Part shown: piece by piece, positions 11,986 to 24,111 of the stretch | Numbering within the stretch: position 1 is the stretch's first letter | Layout: every line of letters starts with the position of its first letter | Source of the DNA: Malacoraja senta | Lineage: Eukaryota | Length of the DNA stretch: 64,000 nucleotides | Direction: 5' to 3' | Assembly: GCA_038087875.1 (NCBI GenBank) | Contig: CM075996.1 | Span: forward strand, 10,046,001-10,110,000 | The notes under the pieces: generated by a model | Database searches by the model: none | Told to the model about the DNA's origin: nothing | Seen by the model: only the letters and a program-made list of their open reading frames with translations | Translations under genes and position numbers: made by a program

Positions 11986-13732
11986 TCTGGTCGCATGAGG
12001 GGTGGGAGTGTGTCTTCAATTATGTTGCCAGTTTTACAGCGTGAAGAAAGCTGGAGTAACTCAGCGAGGCAGGCGGCATCTCTGGAGAGAAGGAATGGGT
12101 GACATTTCGGGTCGAGACCCTTCTTCAGACCCTGTGATTCATCTGTGCAGCATTTTCACAAGCATTTTCACACAGTCAGGATGTGTTATCACAGGTTGGG
12201 ATTGTTCTTTTCTCTAGTTATTTAAAAGTAAAATTTACATACACATCAATGTCTATGATAATGAGCGCTCCTCACTAAACTGCTGACACCAAAATATGCC
12301 TTGTTGTTCTCAGAGATCTGTTAGTCAATTACATGCAGAGCAACACTGTAAACCTGCCTTTACAGTGAGGTTAGTTTCAGACTATAGGCAAGGTGGGCGC
12401 AGCGGTAGAGTTGCTGCCTCACAGCGCCACAGACCCGGGTTCCATCCTGACTACATTCTCCCCGTGACCCGCGTGGGGTTTTCGGTTTCCTCCCACACTC
12501 CGAAGACGTGCAGGTTTGTATGTCAATTGGCTTGGTGTAAATGTAAATTGTCCCTAGTGTGTGTGTAGGATAGTGTTAGTGTGCAGGGGATCGCTGGCAG
12601 GCATGGACTCGGTGGGCTGAAGGGCCTGTTTCCGCGCTGTATCTCTAAACTACAGGCCACGGGGAGATGCAGTGTGTGTTCATAAGTTCCTAAGGTCCTA
12701 GAGCACAAATTAGGCCATTTGGCCCATCAAGTCAACTCTACCCATTCAATCATGGCTGATCTATCTTTCCCTCTCAACCCCATTCTCCTGCCTTCTCACC
12801 ATAACCCCTGACTGTGTGTTTTCTGTGTTGTGTGAGATGCACCTGAAGAGTGTGTGTGTACGGACTGTAGACAAGACCTTTCATAGTCCCATTCTCATGA
12901 TTATTGAACCATGTTGACCGATCGGCCCACGGACCGACGTCCCTCCCTCTCCTCTCCTCTCCTCTCCTCGCCCGGCCATCTTTGTGTCCCGGGGGTGACT
13001 CCTGCAGCCGGCCTTGAAGCCACTGCAGGCATTACCCCGGTTCACTCTCCTACCGGCCCTTGCTCCTCGAGTCCACCCCCCACCTCCTCTCCTCTCTCTC
13101 TCTCTCTCTCTGTCTCTCTCCCTCTGGGGGTCCGCAGTGGTCCATTCTGCCCCACTCTTGCCCCCTGACCAGGAAGCTGCCCCCAGCCAGGGCTCAGAGT
13201 GGAACATCTTACTCGGGACCAGTGGGCTGGAGGTGGGAGCAGACCCCCACTCCCCCAACCCAGTCAAACATCACCACAGTCAGCATGGTCACCCTGGGGA
13301 ACTGCAGGACCACTCGACCACCCTCCTCCCCCCTCCCCCTCTCTCCACCCCTCCCCCTACCCCATTCCCCCCACCCCCCCCAAAGATTTAATAGGAACCC
13401 GAGGGGTAACACTTTCACACAAAGGGTGGTGGGTGTATGGAACGAGCAACTATGGAGGTAGTTGAGGCCGGGACTATCGCAATGTTTAAGAACAATTTAG
13501 ACAGGTACATGGATAGGACAGGTTTAGAGGGATATGGGCCAAATGCTGGTGGGTAGGACTGGTGTAGCTGGGACATGTTGGCCAGTGTGGGCAAGTTGGG
13601 CCTATTGACTCTATTGAACGCGTGCCTCTGACGTGTGAGGGAGATATGACACTACAACACTCTTGACTTGTGTCCAGTCTCTCCCTCTTCCGACGCGGGA
13701 TAAGCTCTTGTGTGAATCTGTCGATGAAGGCA

Positions 13733-13858
13733 CTAAAGTCGGTGCTTGTCTCTGACTGGGTTTGAGTCAGCTCCTGTACTTTCCTCTCCTGAATAAGAAT
13801 CATCGTCGTGAAATGAACCGACAGATCGATCATCGTTTCTGAGAAGTGGGTCTTGAAA
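13733..13858 (-). CDS. Possible terminal coding exon of an unidentified gene
   Basis: Non-repetitive sequence; acceptor GTTTTCATTTCAG; phase-0 frame FQDPLLRNDDRSVGSFHDDDSYSGEESTGADSNPVRDKHRL*. No homology recognised. Confidence 0.3.
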   Translation of the reverse strand, partial: FQDPLLRNDDRSVGSFHDDDSYSGEESTGADSNPVRDKHRL

Positions 13859-14097
13859 CTGAAATGAAAACCCGTCCCTGTCTCTGCTGCCCTGTGTCCC
13901 CATCACAAGTAGTTATGTTCATTGAACATGTCCCACAGTGAGTCAGTTGCCTGGGCTCCACATCTCCAGATGCACAACAGTTCCTCTGGGCTGATGGGGC
14001 AGAGATTTGCCATTAAAAGCAGAAGTGTCAGGCTTGGGCGCTGGGTGGTGATATGTGTCAGATCCTCCAGTGATGAGGATAGGATTAATTTGTTGAC

Positions 14098-14622
14098 TAG
14101 ATTTACGAGGATGTTGCCAGGACTAGAGGATCTGAGCTATAGGGCAAAGTTGAGTAGGCTGGGACTATTCCTTGCAGCGCAGGAGGATGAGGGATCTTAT
14201 AGAGGTGTATAAAATCATGAGAGGAATAGATCGGGTCTCTTGCCCAGAGTAGGTGAATCGAGGACCAGTTGACATAGGTTCAAGGTGAAGGGGAAAAGAT
14301 TAATAGGAATCTGAGGGGTAATCTTTTCACACAAAGGGTGGTGGGTGTATGGAACGAGCTGCCAGAGGAGGTAGTTGAGGCTGGGACTATCCCAACGTTT
14401 AAGAAACAGTTAGACAGGTACATGGATAGGACAGGTTTGGAGGGATAGAGTCAAGAGTGTTTTATTGTCATGTCGCAGATAGAACAATGAAATTCTTACG
14501 CAGAAGTGCAACAGAATATGGGCCAAACGCAGGCAGGTGGGACTAGTGTAGCTGGGACATGCTGGCTGGTTTTAGCAAGTTGGGCTGAAGGGCCTGTTTC
14601 CACACTCCATCACTCTATGACT
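14098..14622 (+). mobile_element. CR1 LINE 3' fragment
   Basis: RFTRMLPGL..LSY...L..LGL and the conserved 3' tail. Confidence 0.85.
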
Positions 14623-14709
14623 CTGTCCCATTCAGTGGAGTCTGAAGAAGGGTCGGGACCCAAATCATCACCTATCCATGATCTCCAGAGATCTCCAGAA
14701 GCCTGATGG

Positions 14710-14985
14710 TTTAGTTTAGTTTAATTTAGAGATACAGCGTGGAAAAAGGCCCTTTGGCCCAACGAGTCTGAGCCGGCCATGAATCGCCCCGTACAGTAGC
14801 ACTATCCTACACACTAGGAACCTATAAACCGGCACGCCGTTGGGATGAGAGAGGAAACTGGAGCACCTGGAGGAAACCCAGGCGGTCACATGGAGAACGT
14901 GCAAACACCACACACACAGAAAGCAGTTAGGATCGAGCCCGGTCTGTGGCTCCGTGAGGCAGCAACTCTACCGCTGCGCCACTGT
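14710..14985 (-). mobile_element. HE1-like SINE
   Basis: Same head, body and tail as the other copies. Confidence 0.8.
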
Positions 14986-15388
14986 GAAGCTAAGTTACTC
15001 CGGCACTTTGTGTCATTTTTGGTAAACCATCAGCTGCAGTTCCTTGTCTCCCAATGAGTTTTCTATGCGTGTCAGAGCCCATAAAGCCCGTTGATGTACA
15101 TAAAATATTTTAATTGGGCAGGTGCTGCCGCACTTGGACGGACTCAAGTCAAGTTGCATTTATTTATCCTCTGCACGTGTGGTGAGGTGCATTGAAAATG
15201 CTGCTTGTTGCAACACCAGCGACACATAGACACCACACACAAGAGAACGTATACACGACACTGTATCTGGCAGTGCTGGACTTCAGGCTTCTGTACCTCC
15301 TGCCCGACGGCAGCTGTGAGAAGAGGGCATGGCCCAGATGATAAAAATGCAATGTAGAATGCATAATATCGGGATGCATCACAGTTTG

Positions 15389-18300
15389 TGCGCCTGTCCC
15401 ACTTACGTGTCCTTGGCACGCTAATTACGCGACCTCGTGGTCGCGTTGAGGCGCAACAGTCCCGCGAAGGTCGCGCGCGATTTCATGCGTATGCACTGCC
15501 ATCTGGAGCGCGTGACATCATTTGAAGATGGACACAAAGCTGGAGTAACTCAGCGGGACCGGCAGCATTTCTGGAGAGAAGCAATGGGTGATATATCGTG
15601 TCGAGACTCTTCTTCAGTCTGAAAGAAGGGTCTTGACCTGAAACGTCACCCATTGCTTCTCTCCAGAGATGCTGCCTGTCCCGCTGAGTTACTCCTGCAT
15701 TTTGTGTCTATCTTCAATTTTCTTGGCCCCGCTCTTTTTTTTTTTTTTCATACAAAATGCTTTTATTCCGAACAAACACAAATACGAAGTAGTAACACGA
15801 TCAGAGAATGCCTATATTGGCATTTTACAAAGAAAGTTATCAAATTAAAATATTAACATTTTTATCAATAATACATTCGACCTCCTGCGGTGACCAGCGT
15901 TCACAGAAGGCCTCCACAGTCCCCGTGGACACCGCGTGTTCCCTCTCTAGGGACATGCTGGCACGGACGTAACCCCGGAAAAGGGGCAGGCAGCCGACTG
16001 CTGTGCGGCCATCGACCGCCCGCTGCCTGGACCCGCAAATGGCCATCTTGGCCAGGCCCAGGAGCAGACCGACAGGGAGACCCCCTCCTCCCTCCCGACC
16101 CTCCCCCCTCTGTACCGGGTGCCCAAAAATCAATAGCGTCGGACTAAAGTGGAGCCAAAACTTGAGGAGCAGCCCCTTCAGATACTCGAACAGGGGCTGC
16201 AACCTCTCACACTCCATGTAGACGTGGAACACGGTCTCTTCCTCGCCGCAGAAGTGACAAGCAGCGGACGATTCCGTGAACCGGCTCAAGTACCTGTTGC
16301 AGGCCACGCCTTTGTGCAACACTCTCCACCCCAGGTCCCAGATGTAAAGGGGGAGGACTCCCTTGTAGAGAGACCTCCACTGGGGACCGCTCCCCTCGTC
16401 AGGTGGTAACACGGACCGCCAGGGTGTGTCTGGACGGAAGACGAGGGCGAGGAAGTGGAGATTGTGCAGGAGCAGCCTGTACAACACGCGCCTCTCCGCG
16501 TCACGGAACGGCACGCTGGGCATCTCGGAAAGGAGGCTCGTGTTGCGTGGGGCCGGCTCTCGGGGGGGGGTGACCCGGGCCATGGGTCCTATGAACTATT
16601 CCGATGGAGCTGGGGTAAGCTCATCCGGAATCGCTCACACACATGCCTCTCCTCGACACCCACTGTCACAGCCACAACACCCCCTGAGGAGCAGGGCCCT
16701 GGCTGAAGGTGACCAAATTCCTGGCTTTCAGGAGGTCACGGTAAAAGCCAGGCAACTCCCGCCTAGCGCGTCGACTCATACCCGCTACCGGGAGCCGTGA
16801 GCCCTCCTGAAGGCAGCGCCCCTGGCGGAAAAAGTACGTCGCCAGCATGTGCCATTTAGGAGGGTAGTCCGAGTAGACGTACCTCCGCAGGGTCCTGAGT
16901 CGGAGAGCCGCCACTTGGGTACGAATACAGACCAGCGCCTGACCACCCTCCTCCAACGGGAGACTCAGAACCCCAGCAGAGACCCAGTGGTTCCTCTCCC
17001 CCCAGAAGAAGTTAACCAATCTCCTCTGTAACCTGGTTATAAATAAAGTGGACGGGACCAGAGTGGCCATCCGGTACCACAGCAGAGAGGCCACCAGCTG
17101 GTTTATAACTACAGCCCTGCCCCGGTAAGAGAGCACACCAAGTAGGCCGGACCAACGTCCCAGCCGGGCGACCACTTTCGCCTCCAGCTCCTGCCAGTTC
17201 GCCGGCCACCCCTCCTCAGCGGGACTCAGGTAGACCCCCAGATAGAGGAGGTGCGTGGTACTCCACGCAAAACCTGCCATCTCCTCCGGCAGGGAGTCCA
17301 CCTGCCACCCACCCATCAAGAGACCAGAACACTTCCCCCAGTTGATCCTGGCGGAGGATGCAGCCGAGAAAACCTGCTGGCACTCACGCATCCTCCGCAG
17401 GTCAACAGGGTCGGTGAACATCAGAAGGACATCATCGGCATAGGCCGAGAGAACCACCTCCACCCCCGGCTCCGGTAAAGCCAGGCCTGTCAACCGCCTC
17501 CGGAGAAGGCACAGGAAAGGCTCGACACAGATGGAATACAGCTGGCCGGACATGGGACATCCCTGACGAACCCCCCTCCCAAAGGGAATGGGGGCCAACA
17601 AAGAGCCGTTGACCTTAACAAGGCATTCTGCAGCAGTATATAACAGTCGGACCCAGGCCACAAAATGCGGTCCAAATCCGAACGCCTGCAGAGTCCCAAG
17701 AAGGTAGTCGTGCTCCACCCTGTCAAACGCCTTCTCCTGGTCGAGGGAGAGAAAGGCGACCGACTGACCAGCCCCCTGGGACAGATGGATCAGGTCCCAG
17801 AGCAGATTGATATTATCCTGGATGGACCGGCCCGGGACTGTGTACGACTGGTCAGGGTGGATCACCTGGGACAGCACGGGACCCAGGCGATTCGCCAATG
17901 CCCGTGCAAAGACTTTATAGTCCGTGCTGAGGAGAGAGACTGGGCGCCAGTTCTTCAAAAGGCGAAGATCGCCCTTCTTGGGCAGCAGGACAACAACTGC
18001 CCTGCGCCAAGAGAAAGGCATCTCCCCGGTCGCCAGGCTCTCCCCCAGGACCTTCATATAGTCGTCCCCCAGGACATCCCAGAAGGCTCTAAGGTACTCC
18101 ACAGTCAGCCCATCCAGCCCTGGAGACTTGCCCCTCCTAAGCTGGTGCAGGGCAACAGTCAACTCCTCCAGAGTTAGGGGATCATCCAGGTGTTCAGCCA
18201 CATCATTGCACACAGCGGGTAAGCCCTCCCACAGGACTTCTTGCGCCTCCCCACTCGATGTGCCAGCCGAGAACAGAGTCCTGTAGAAAGACCGAACTGA

Positions 18301-18678
18301 GGCACCAATGCTCTCTGGATCTGTGACAGAGGAGCCATCATCCGCAAGCAACTCTACAAGCTGCCTGCGGGCTCCTCGCGAAAATGCCCCACCTTTTTGC
18401 AAGCGTGACAACGCACTTGGCCCGCGTTCCAGAACACGCGATAGGAGAAATCATCCACCTCCACCTCAAAACTCCCCTTCGTGTCCGTCCCCTGTGCCAA
18501 CTGTATATACACGCGACGCTTGAACGTATATATATGCTGCATCTCAGGATCGTCAAACCTGTACAACAGTTTGGTGAGCCCTGACCGCACCTCCCCCAGC
18601 TTCCTTACATGTGCGCCTCAACGCGACCACGAGGTCGCGTAATTTGCGTACCAAGGACACGTAAGTGGGACAGGCCCT
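15389..18678. mobile_element. Harbinger-type element with ~65-bp TIRs enclosing a Penelope foldback and a Tx1 LINE
   Basis: Left GCCTGTCCCACTTACGTGTCCTTGG...GTTGAGGCGCA (15392-15454) is the near reverse complement of 18613-18676. Confidence 0.82.
15735..18605 (-). mobile_element. Tx1/L1-clade LINE, internally deleted
   Basis: RT motifs KSPGLDG, NWRPVSLL, LDQEKAFDRV, GVRQGCP, AYADD; C-terminal CHFC..EETVFHVYMEC; poly(A) at 15735-15749; ORF1 knuckle CHACKKVGH at the 5' end. Confidence 0.93.
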
Positions 18679-19214
18679 TAAGACTGCAAGAATTTACAGG
18701 GAGTTGTGGATGTAGCCCAGACCATCACACAGCCCAGACTAACTAAACTAAAGTAAACACAGAGTGCTGGAGGAATTCGGCAAGTCGGCCGGCATCTCAA
18801 CTCTATTGCTGCGCCACTGTGCCGCCGTCAGAGGGAGAACCTGCAAACTCCACACAGACAGCAGCGGGGTCTGGAGGGATTCTGGGTTGCCTGAACCGTG
18901 TGTCTGCGGCTCTACCAGCCACACCTCTGTGCTGCTGTCCCTTCATAACTATATTATTAGCTAAAAACGTTGTGACTCATCCCTAGTTCACAGCGTGAAG
19001 CATCGGCCACTCTGGAGTTTTGGTTCATTCGGCAAGCTGCCGGCTGTGGCAGGGTCTCCAGTCCCGGCACCAGCCCCTCCTGCTGCTGCTCAACCACAGC
19101 AGGCTGTCCCTGGGCCGAATGGCCATCAGCGTTCTGGTCCCAAACCTCCCAACAATCAGACTGGGAGATTCCACAGCAATCGTTGCCCCACGACAATCGC
19201 CATGGAAACTAGAG

Positions 19215-19480
19215 CGGCACGGTGGTGCAGCGGGTAGAGCCGCCGCCTCACAGTGCCTGACACCCAGGTTCGATCCTTGCCTCAGGTGCTGTCTGTAAGG
19301 AGTTTGCACATTGTCCATGTGATCGCGTGAGCTCCCTCTGGGCGCTCTGGTTTCCTCCCACACCCCAAAGATGTGCACCGTTGGAGGTTAATCGCCCTGC
19401 TGTGCCAACTAGTGGTTGATGGTCGGCATGGACTCAGGGGGGCTGAATGGCCTGTTTCCATGCTGTATCTCTAAACTAAA
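19215..19480 (+). mobile_element. HE1-like SINE
   Basis: tRNA head and CTAAA tail. Confidence 0.8.
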
Positions 19481-19519
19481 CCTCTGAACATTGCAATGCA
19501 AACAAGATCATAGGAAATA

Positions 19520-19947
19520 GGATACGATATGATAGAACTTTATTTATCCCTGGAGGGAAATTGATCTGCCAACATTCATACAAACACAACAGAATACATG
19601 AAACATGAAACTATAGTGACGGGGATGTGCAAAGATTGGGGAAGGGGGTGGGGGAGAAGGGGGGTCAGTCTCAGTCTACCCCACGACAGAAGGGGGAGGA
19701 GTTGTACAGTTTGATAGCCACAGGGAAGAAGGATCTCCTGTGGCGTTCTGTGCTGCATCTTGATGGAACCAGTCTGTTGCTGACGGTGCTCCTCAGGTTG
19801 ACCAGTGTGTGTCATGGAGGGGGTGAGCTGTATTTGTCCAGGATGCTCCGCAGTTTGAGGAGCATCCTCCCCTCCAAGACCACCTCTCATTAATCCCACT
19901 CCGCCCCCCAGGACGGGGCCAGCCTTCCTGATGAGTTTATGGCACAA
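19520..19947 (-). mobile_element. LINE 3' fragment (Rex1/Babar-like)
   Basis: KLIRKAG.VLG and, in other frames, R.RRSFFP.AI.LYN; AATAAA and (CTATC)-type tail. Confidence 0.6.
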
Positions 19948-20011
19948 GTGATGAGTGGAGCGTATCGCACAAACTCACGGGATCCTAGCCACCCACCCAT
20001 CCAAAGACAAC

Positions 20012-20610
20012 TGCATTTGGGGGACCTGGGATGGAGGGTATTGCACCGAGGAGTCCCCTGTAACCTGTTTCCCTCGCGGTTCACAGACTCGCCAGCCGCC
20101 TGCCACTTTTGCGGGATGGGAGAGTCTGTGTTCCACGTGTACATGGAGTGTGTGAGACTGCAGCCCCTGTTCGAATATCTAAAGGGGCTGTTCCTTGCCT
20201 TCTGGCCGCACTTCACACCCACCATCCTCATCTGTGGACACGCTGGGCGTAGGGGAGAGGGTAGGGCTGAAGATGTCCTGGTTGGGTTACACCTGGGCCT
20301 GGCCAAGCTGACCATCCGCGAGTCACGGCGCCAGGCGGAAGAGGGCTCTGCCCGAGCCGACTGCCTGCCCCTTTTCCTGGGTTATGTCCGCGCCCGGGTG
20401 GTACTTGAGAGGGAACACGCGCTGTCCATGGGCACCCTGGGGGATTCCAGGACCGCTGGACACCGCGGGGGGTGGAATGTACCCTGGACAAGGACTGTAA
20501 GGACTATAGTAGTTTATTGAGTACATTTGTTTGTCTTGTATTATGGTGATGGGTTCTGTTTTGTTTTATTGTATTGTAAATATTATTTTTAATAATTGAG
20601 TAAAAAAATA
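20012..20610 (+). mobile_element. Tx1/L1-clade LINE 3' fragment
   Basis: GDLGWRVLHRGV...CHFCG..ESVFHVYMEC; A-rich tail. Confidence 0.88.
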
Positions 20611-21104
20611 GACAACTGCAGTGTGTACGAGTAAAAGCAAGTCACCAACGCTGCAAACTCTATGCCCCTGTTGTTGATGGGGCAAGCAGAGCAAATGCAA
20701 AGTCCACAAAAGGACACCCATTGGAGTCGCTCAACTGGTCAGGCAGAATCCCTGGAGATCATGGATAGGTGACGTTTCGGGGGGTTTCGGACCCTCTGGC
20801 AGTACAAAGACCTGTTACGTAAACCTGGATCCCAGCGCAAGTTACCAGTAAAGTTAATACTTTCTTGCGTGACCGAATGAAGCAGAATTGAATGGAACCC
20901 ATCCCCGGCCTCGATCAGAGAAAACCAGAGTGCCTGCAATTGTGCCGTTAGGCTGGAGAATAACTTGTATAACAGGACCAGTCGGCATCGCCAGTCATAC
21001 GCTCCGCTCTGCCTCAGGGAAGCAGCCAACACTGCTGCCGGGCAGAATATACAAAACATGAAAGTACCTACTGCCAGACTCACCAACAGCTATCAGATGT
21101 AATG

Positions 21105-21535
21105 GATCGACTGGGCTTATATTCACTGGAATTTAGGATGAGAGGAGATCTTCTAGAAACATGTAAAATCCTTAAGGGATTGAACAGGCTAGATGCAGGA
21201 ATCATGTTCCCCATGTTGGGGGAGTCCACAACCAGGGGTCACAGTTTATGAATAAGGGGTAGGCCATTTAAGACTGAGATGAGGAAAATCTTTTTCACCC
21301 AGAGGGTTGCGAATTTGTGGAATTCTCTGCCACAGAAGGCAGTGGAGGCCAATTCACTGGATGTATTTAAGAGAGAGTTGGATATAGCTCGTAGGGCTAA
21401 CGGATTCAAGGGATATGGGGAGAAAGTAGGAACGGGGTACTGATTCTGGATGATCAGCCATGATCATATTGAATGGCGGTGCTGGCTTGAAAGGCCAAAT
21501 GGCCTACTACTGCACTTATTTTCTACGTTTCTATT
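21105..21535 (+). mobile_element. CR1 LINE 3' fragment (second subfamily)
   Basis: GLYSLEF..MRGDL...; tail GGCCGAATGGCCTACT-type. Confidence 0.8.
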
Positions 21536-23399
21536 TTTGAACTTCCATAATCTGGGGTATAAATTCATAAATTCAAAAGTTCTAGGAGTAGAATTTGACC
21601 ATTCGGCCCATCAAGTCTACTCCGCCATTCAATCATGGCTGATCTATCTCTCCCTCCTAGCCCCATTCTCCTGCCTTCTCCCCATAACCCCTGACACCTG
21701 TTCTAATCAAGAATCTATCAATCTCTGCCTTAATAATATCCATTGGCGGCCTCGACAGCTGTCTGTGGCAATGAATTCTACTGATTCACCACCCTCTGAC
21801 TAAAGAAAATCCTCCTAATCTCCTTTCTAAAGGTGCGTCCTTTTATTCTGCGGCTTTGGCCTCAGGTCCTAGGTTTTCTCGCTAGTGGAAGCTATAATCC
21901 CAATCTTCCAACCTACCTCATTGGACATTGGTCATTTTCTCTGGAATTATTACATTACAATGCTGAGAAACGATATTCTGTACTCTGTTATTTTTTGCTT
22001 TATGCTACATGTTATATTTGTGGATGGCTACATTATATTCTTCTACAGTATTATCTTTGATTTGATAGTACACAAAGATTTTCACCGCATCTTGGTACAT
22101 GCCTCTTGCTCAGAGTAGGTGAATCGAGGACCAGAGCACATAGGTTTAAGGTGAGGGAGAAAAGATTCTATAGGAATCTTATTCAAACAAAGGGTGGTGG
22201 GTGTATGGAACAAGCTGCCAGAGGAGGTAGCTGAAGCAGGGACTATCCCAACGTTTAAGAAGCAGTATATGGATAGGACAGGTTTGGAGGGATATGGACC
22301 AAACGTGGGTAGGTGGGAGTAGTGTAGCTGGGACATGTTGGCCGGTGTGGACATGTTGGGCTGAAGGGCCTGTTTCCACGCTGTATCACTCTATGACTCT
22401 ATGTACCAGTACCTTTGCCATTGTCCCAATACAACTCACCATGAACTTATCGGTCGAAGAATGAACATGTTCACGTCCAGCAAATGAGGAAGTGGTGACT
22501 TACAATCTACGCAATGTTTTTAAAAAATGTGACAAGTAATAATCAAATTATTTTTAAAATAGACCATGGATGGAAATTGATGTAAGACGACAGATGGAAA
22601 AAGACTTATTTTGAAGCAGAGTGTGATATCTTATTGCGATCATTGAAGGTTAGAGCATTGCTCACTCCTTCTCGGTATTCTGTGCAAAAATCATACTTTA
22701 TTTGCTTTATCCCACGCGATCTGTAGTCTGCAAATACACACCTTGTAAGGCGCAGATTTGAATCAGATTACAGCCCCCTGTAACCTTCACTCTGTGAAGT
22801 GCTTGGCGTACGATCCCTGGGCAAAAGTATATTAAGGTCATAAGTGATAGGAGCGGAATTAGGCCACTCGGCCCATCAGGTCTACTCCGCCATTCAATCA
22901 TGGCTGATCTACAGTACCTCTCCTAACCCCATTCTCCTGCCTTCTCACCATAACCCCTGACACCTTTACCGCTGGGGTGTAAGCTGCCCAAGTGGAATAT
23001 GAGGTGCTGTTCCTCCAATTTGTGTGTGGCCTCACTCTGACAGTGGAGGAGACTCAGGATAGAATGTGCCCAACCTTCTGCAGTGGAATAACATGTTAGG
23101 GAGCGATCAGGAGCAACCGCATTCACGGCCGGCTCCGGGGACCGCCCGAAGGCTCGTCGGTCGGCGTAACTGGGAGGGAGCTGGAGACGTGGGACAGGAG
23201 CAGCAAGAAGGGTGAACCGGGGTAATGTCTCCAGCGCCTTCACGGTTGGCTACAGGAGGCTCCCCCGAGACACAAAGATGGCCGGGTGAGGAGAGGAGAG
23301 GAGAGGAGAGGGACGTCGGTTCCCAGGAACTGCTCCAGTACATCGAGCGAGCGGACCGACCGGACTTTGGACTTCCCCATAGTTGTCTCAGGAACTCAC

Positions 23400-23481
23400 C
23401 GAGGCTGTGGACTTGGAGCCAGAAATGGGGACGCCCGCATGTGTAATAAATGCAAAAGGGATTTCCACTCTGCAGTTGCAC
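23400..23481 (-). CDS. Possible internal exon of an unidentified gene
   Basis: 82 nt of unique sequence bounded by TGTGTCACAG| and |GTGAGT; all three frames open; no homology recognised. Confidence 0.25.
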
Positions 23482-24111
23482 CTGTGACACATGAAGCATT
23501 TTTGAACCATTGAACCGTATTAATCAAGAATCTGTCAATCTCCACTTTAAAAATACCCAGTGACTTTCCTCTGTTGTAATTTGTGGCAATGAATTCCACA
23601 GATTCGTCACCCTCTGACTAAAGAAATTCCTCCTTATCTCTTTCTAAAGGTACGTCCTTTTATTCTGAGCCTCTGGTCTTGGACTCTCCCACTAGTGGAA
23701 ACATCCTCTCCACATCCACTATCCAGGCCTTTCACCAATTGGTAAGTTTCAATGAAGTCGCCCCCCTCGTCCTTCTAAACTCCAGTGAGTACAGGCCCTG
23801 TGCTGTCAAATGTTCATCATACGTTAACCCAATCATTCCTGGGATTCTCGTCAACCTCCTCTGGACTCTCTTCAGAGCCGGCACATCTTTCCTCAGAAAT
23901 GAGGTCCAAAAATGTTTTCAATACTACAAGTGTGATCTGAGCAGCGCCTTATAAAGCTGGAATCCTGCATCAGCAGTCCCAGGTCCCTTCTTCAAGTTTC
24001 TTCCCAAGCACAGTGGGGGTACTGAATCCAGCTGTCCCACGATTGCTGAGGCCTTTAGACTTTACTTTAGATGAGAGATATAGCGTGGAAACAGGCCCTT
24101 CGGCCTACCCA

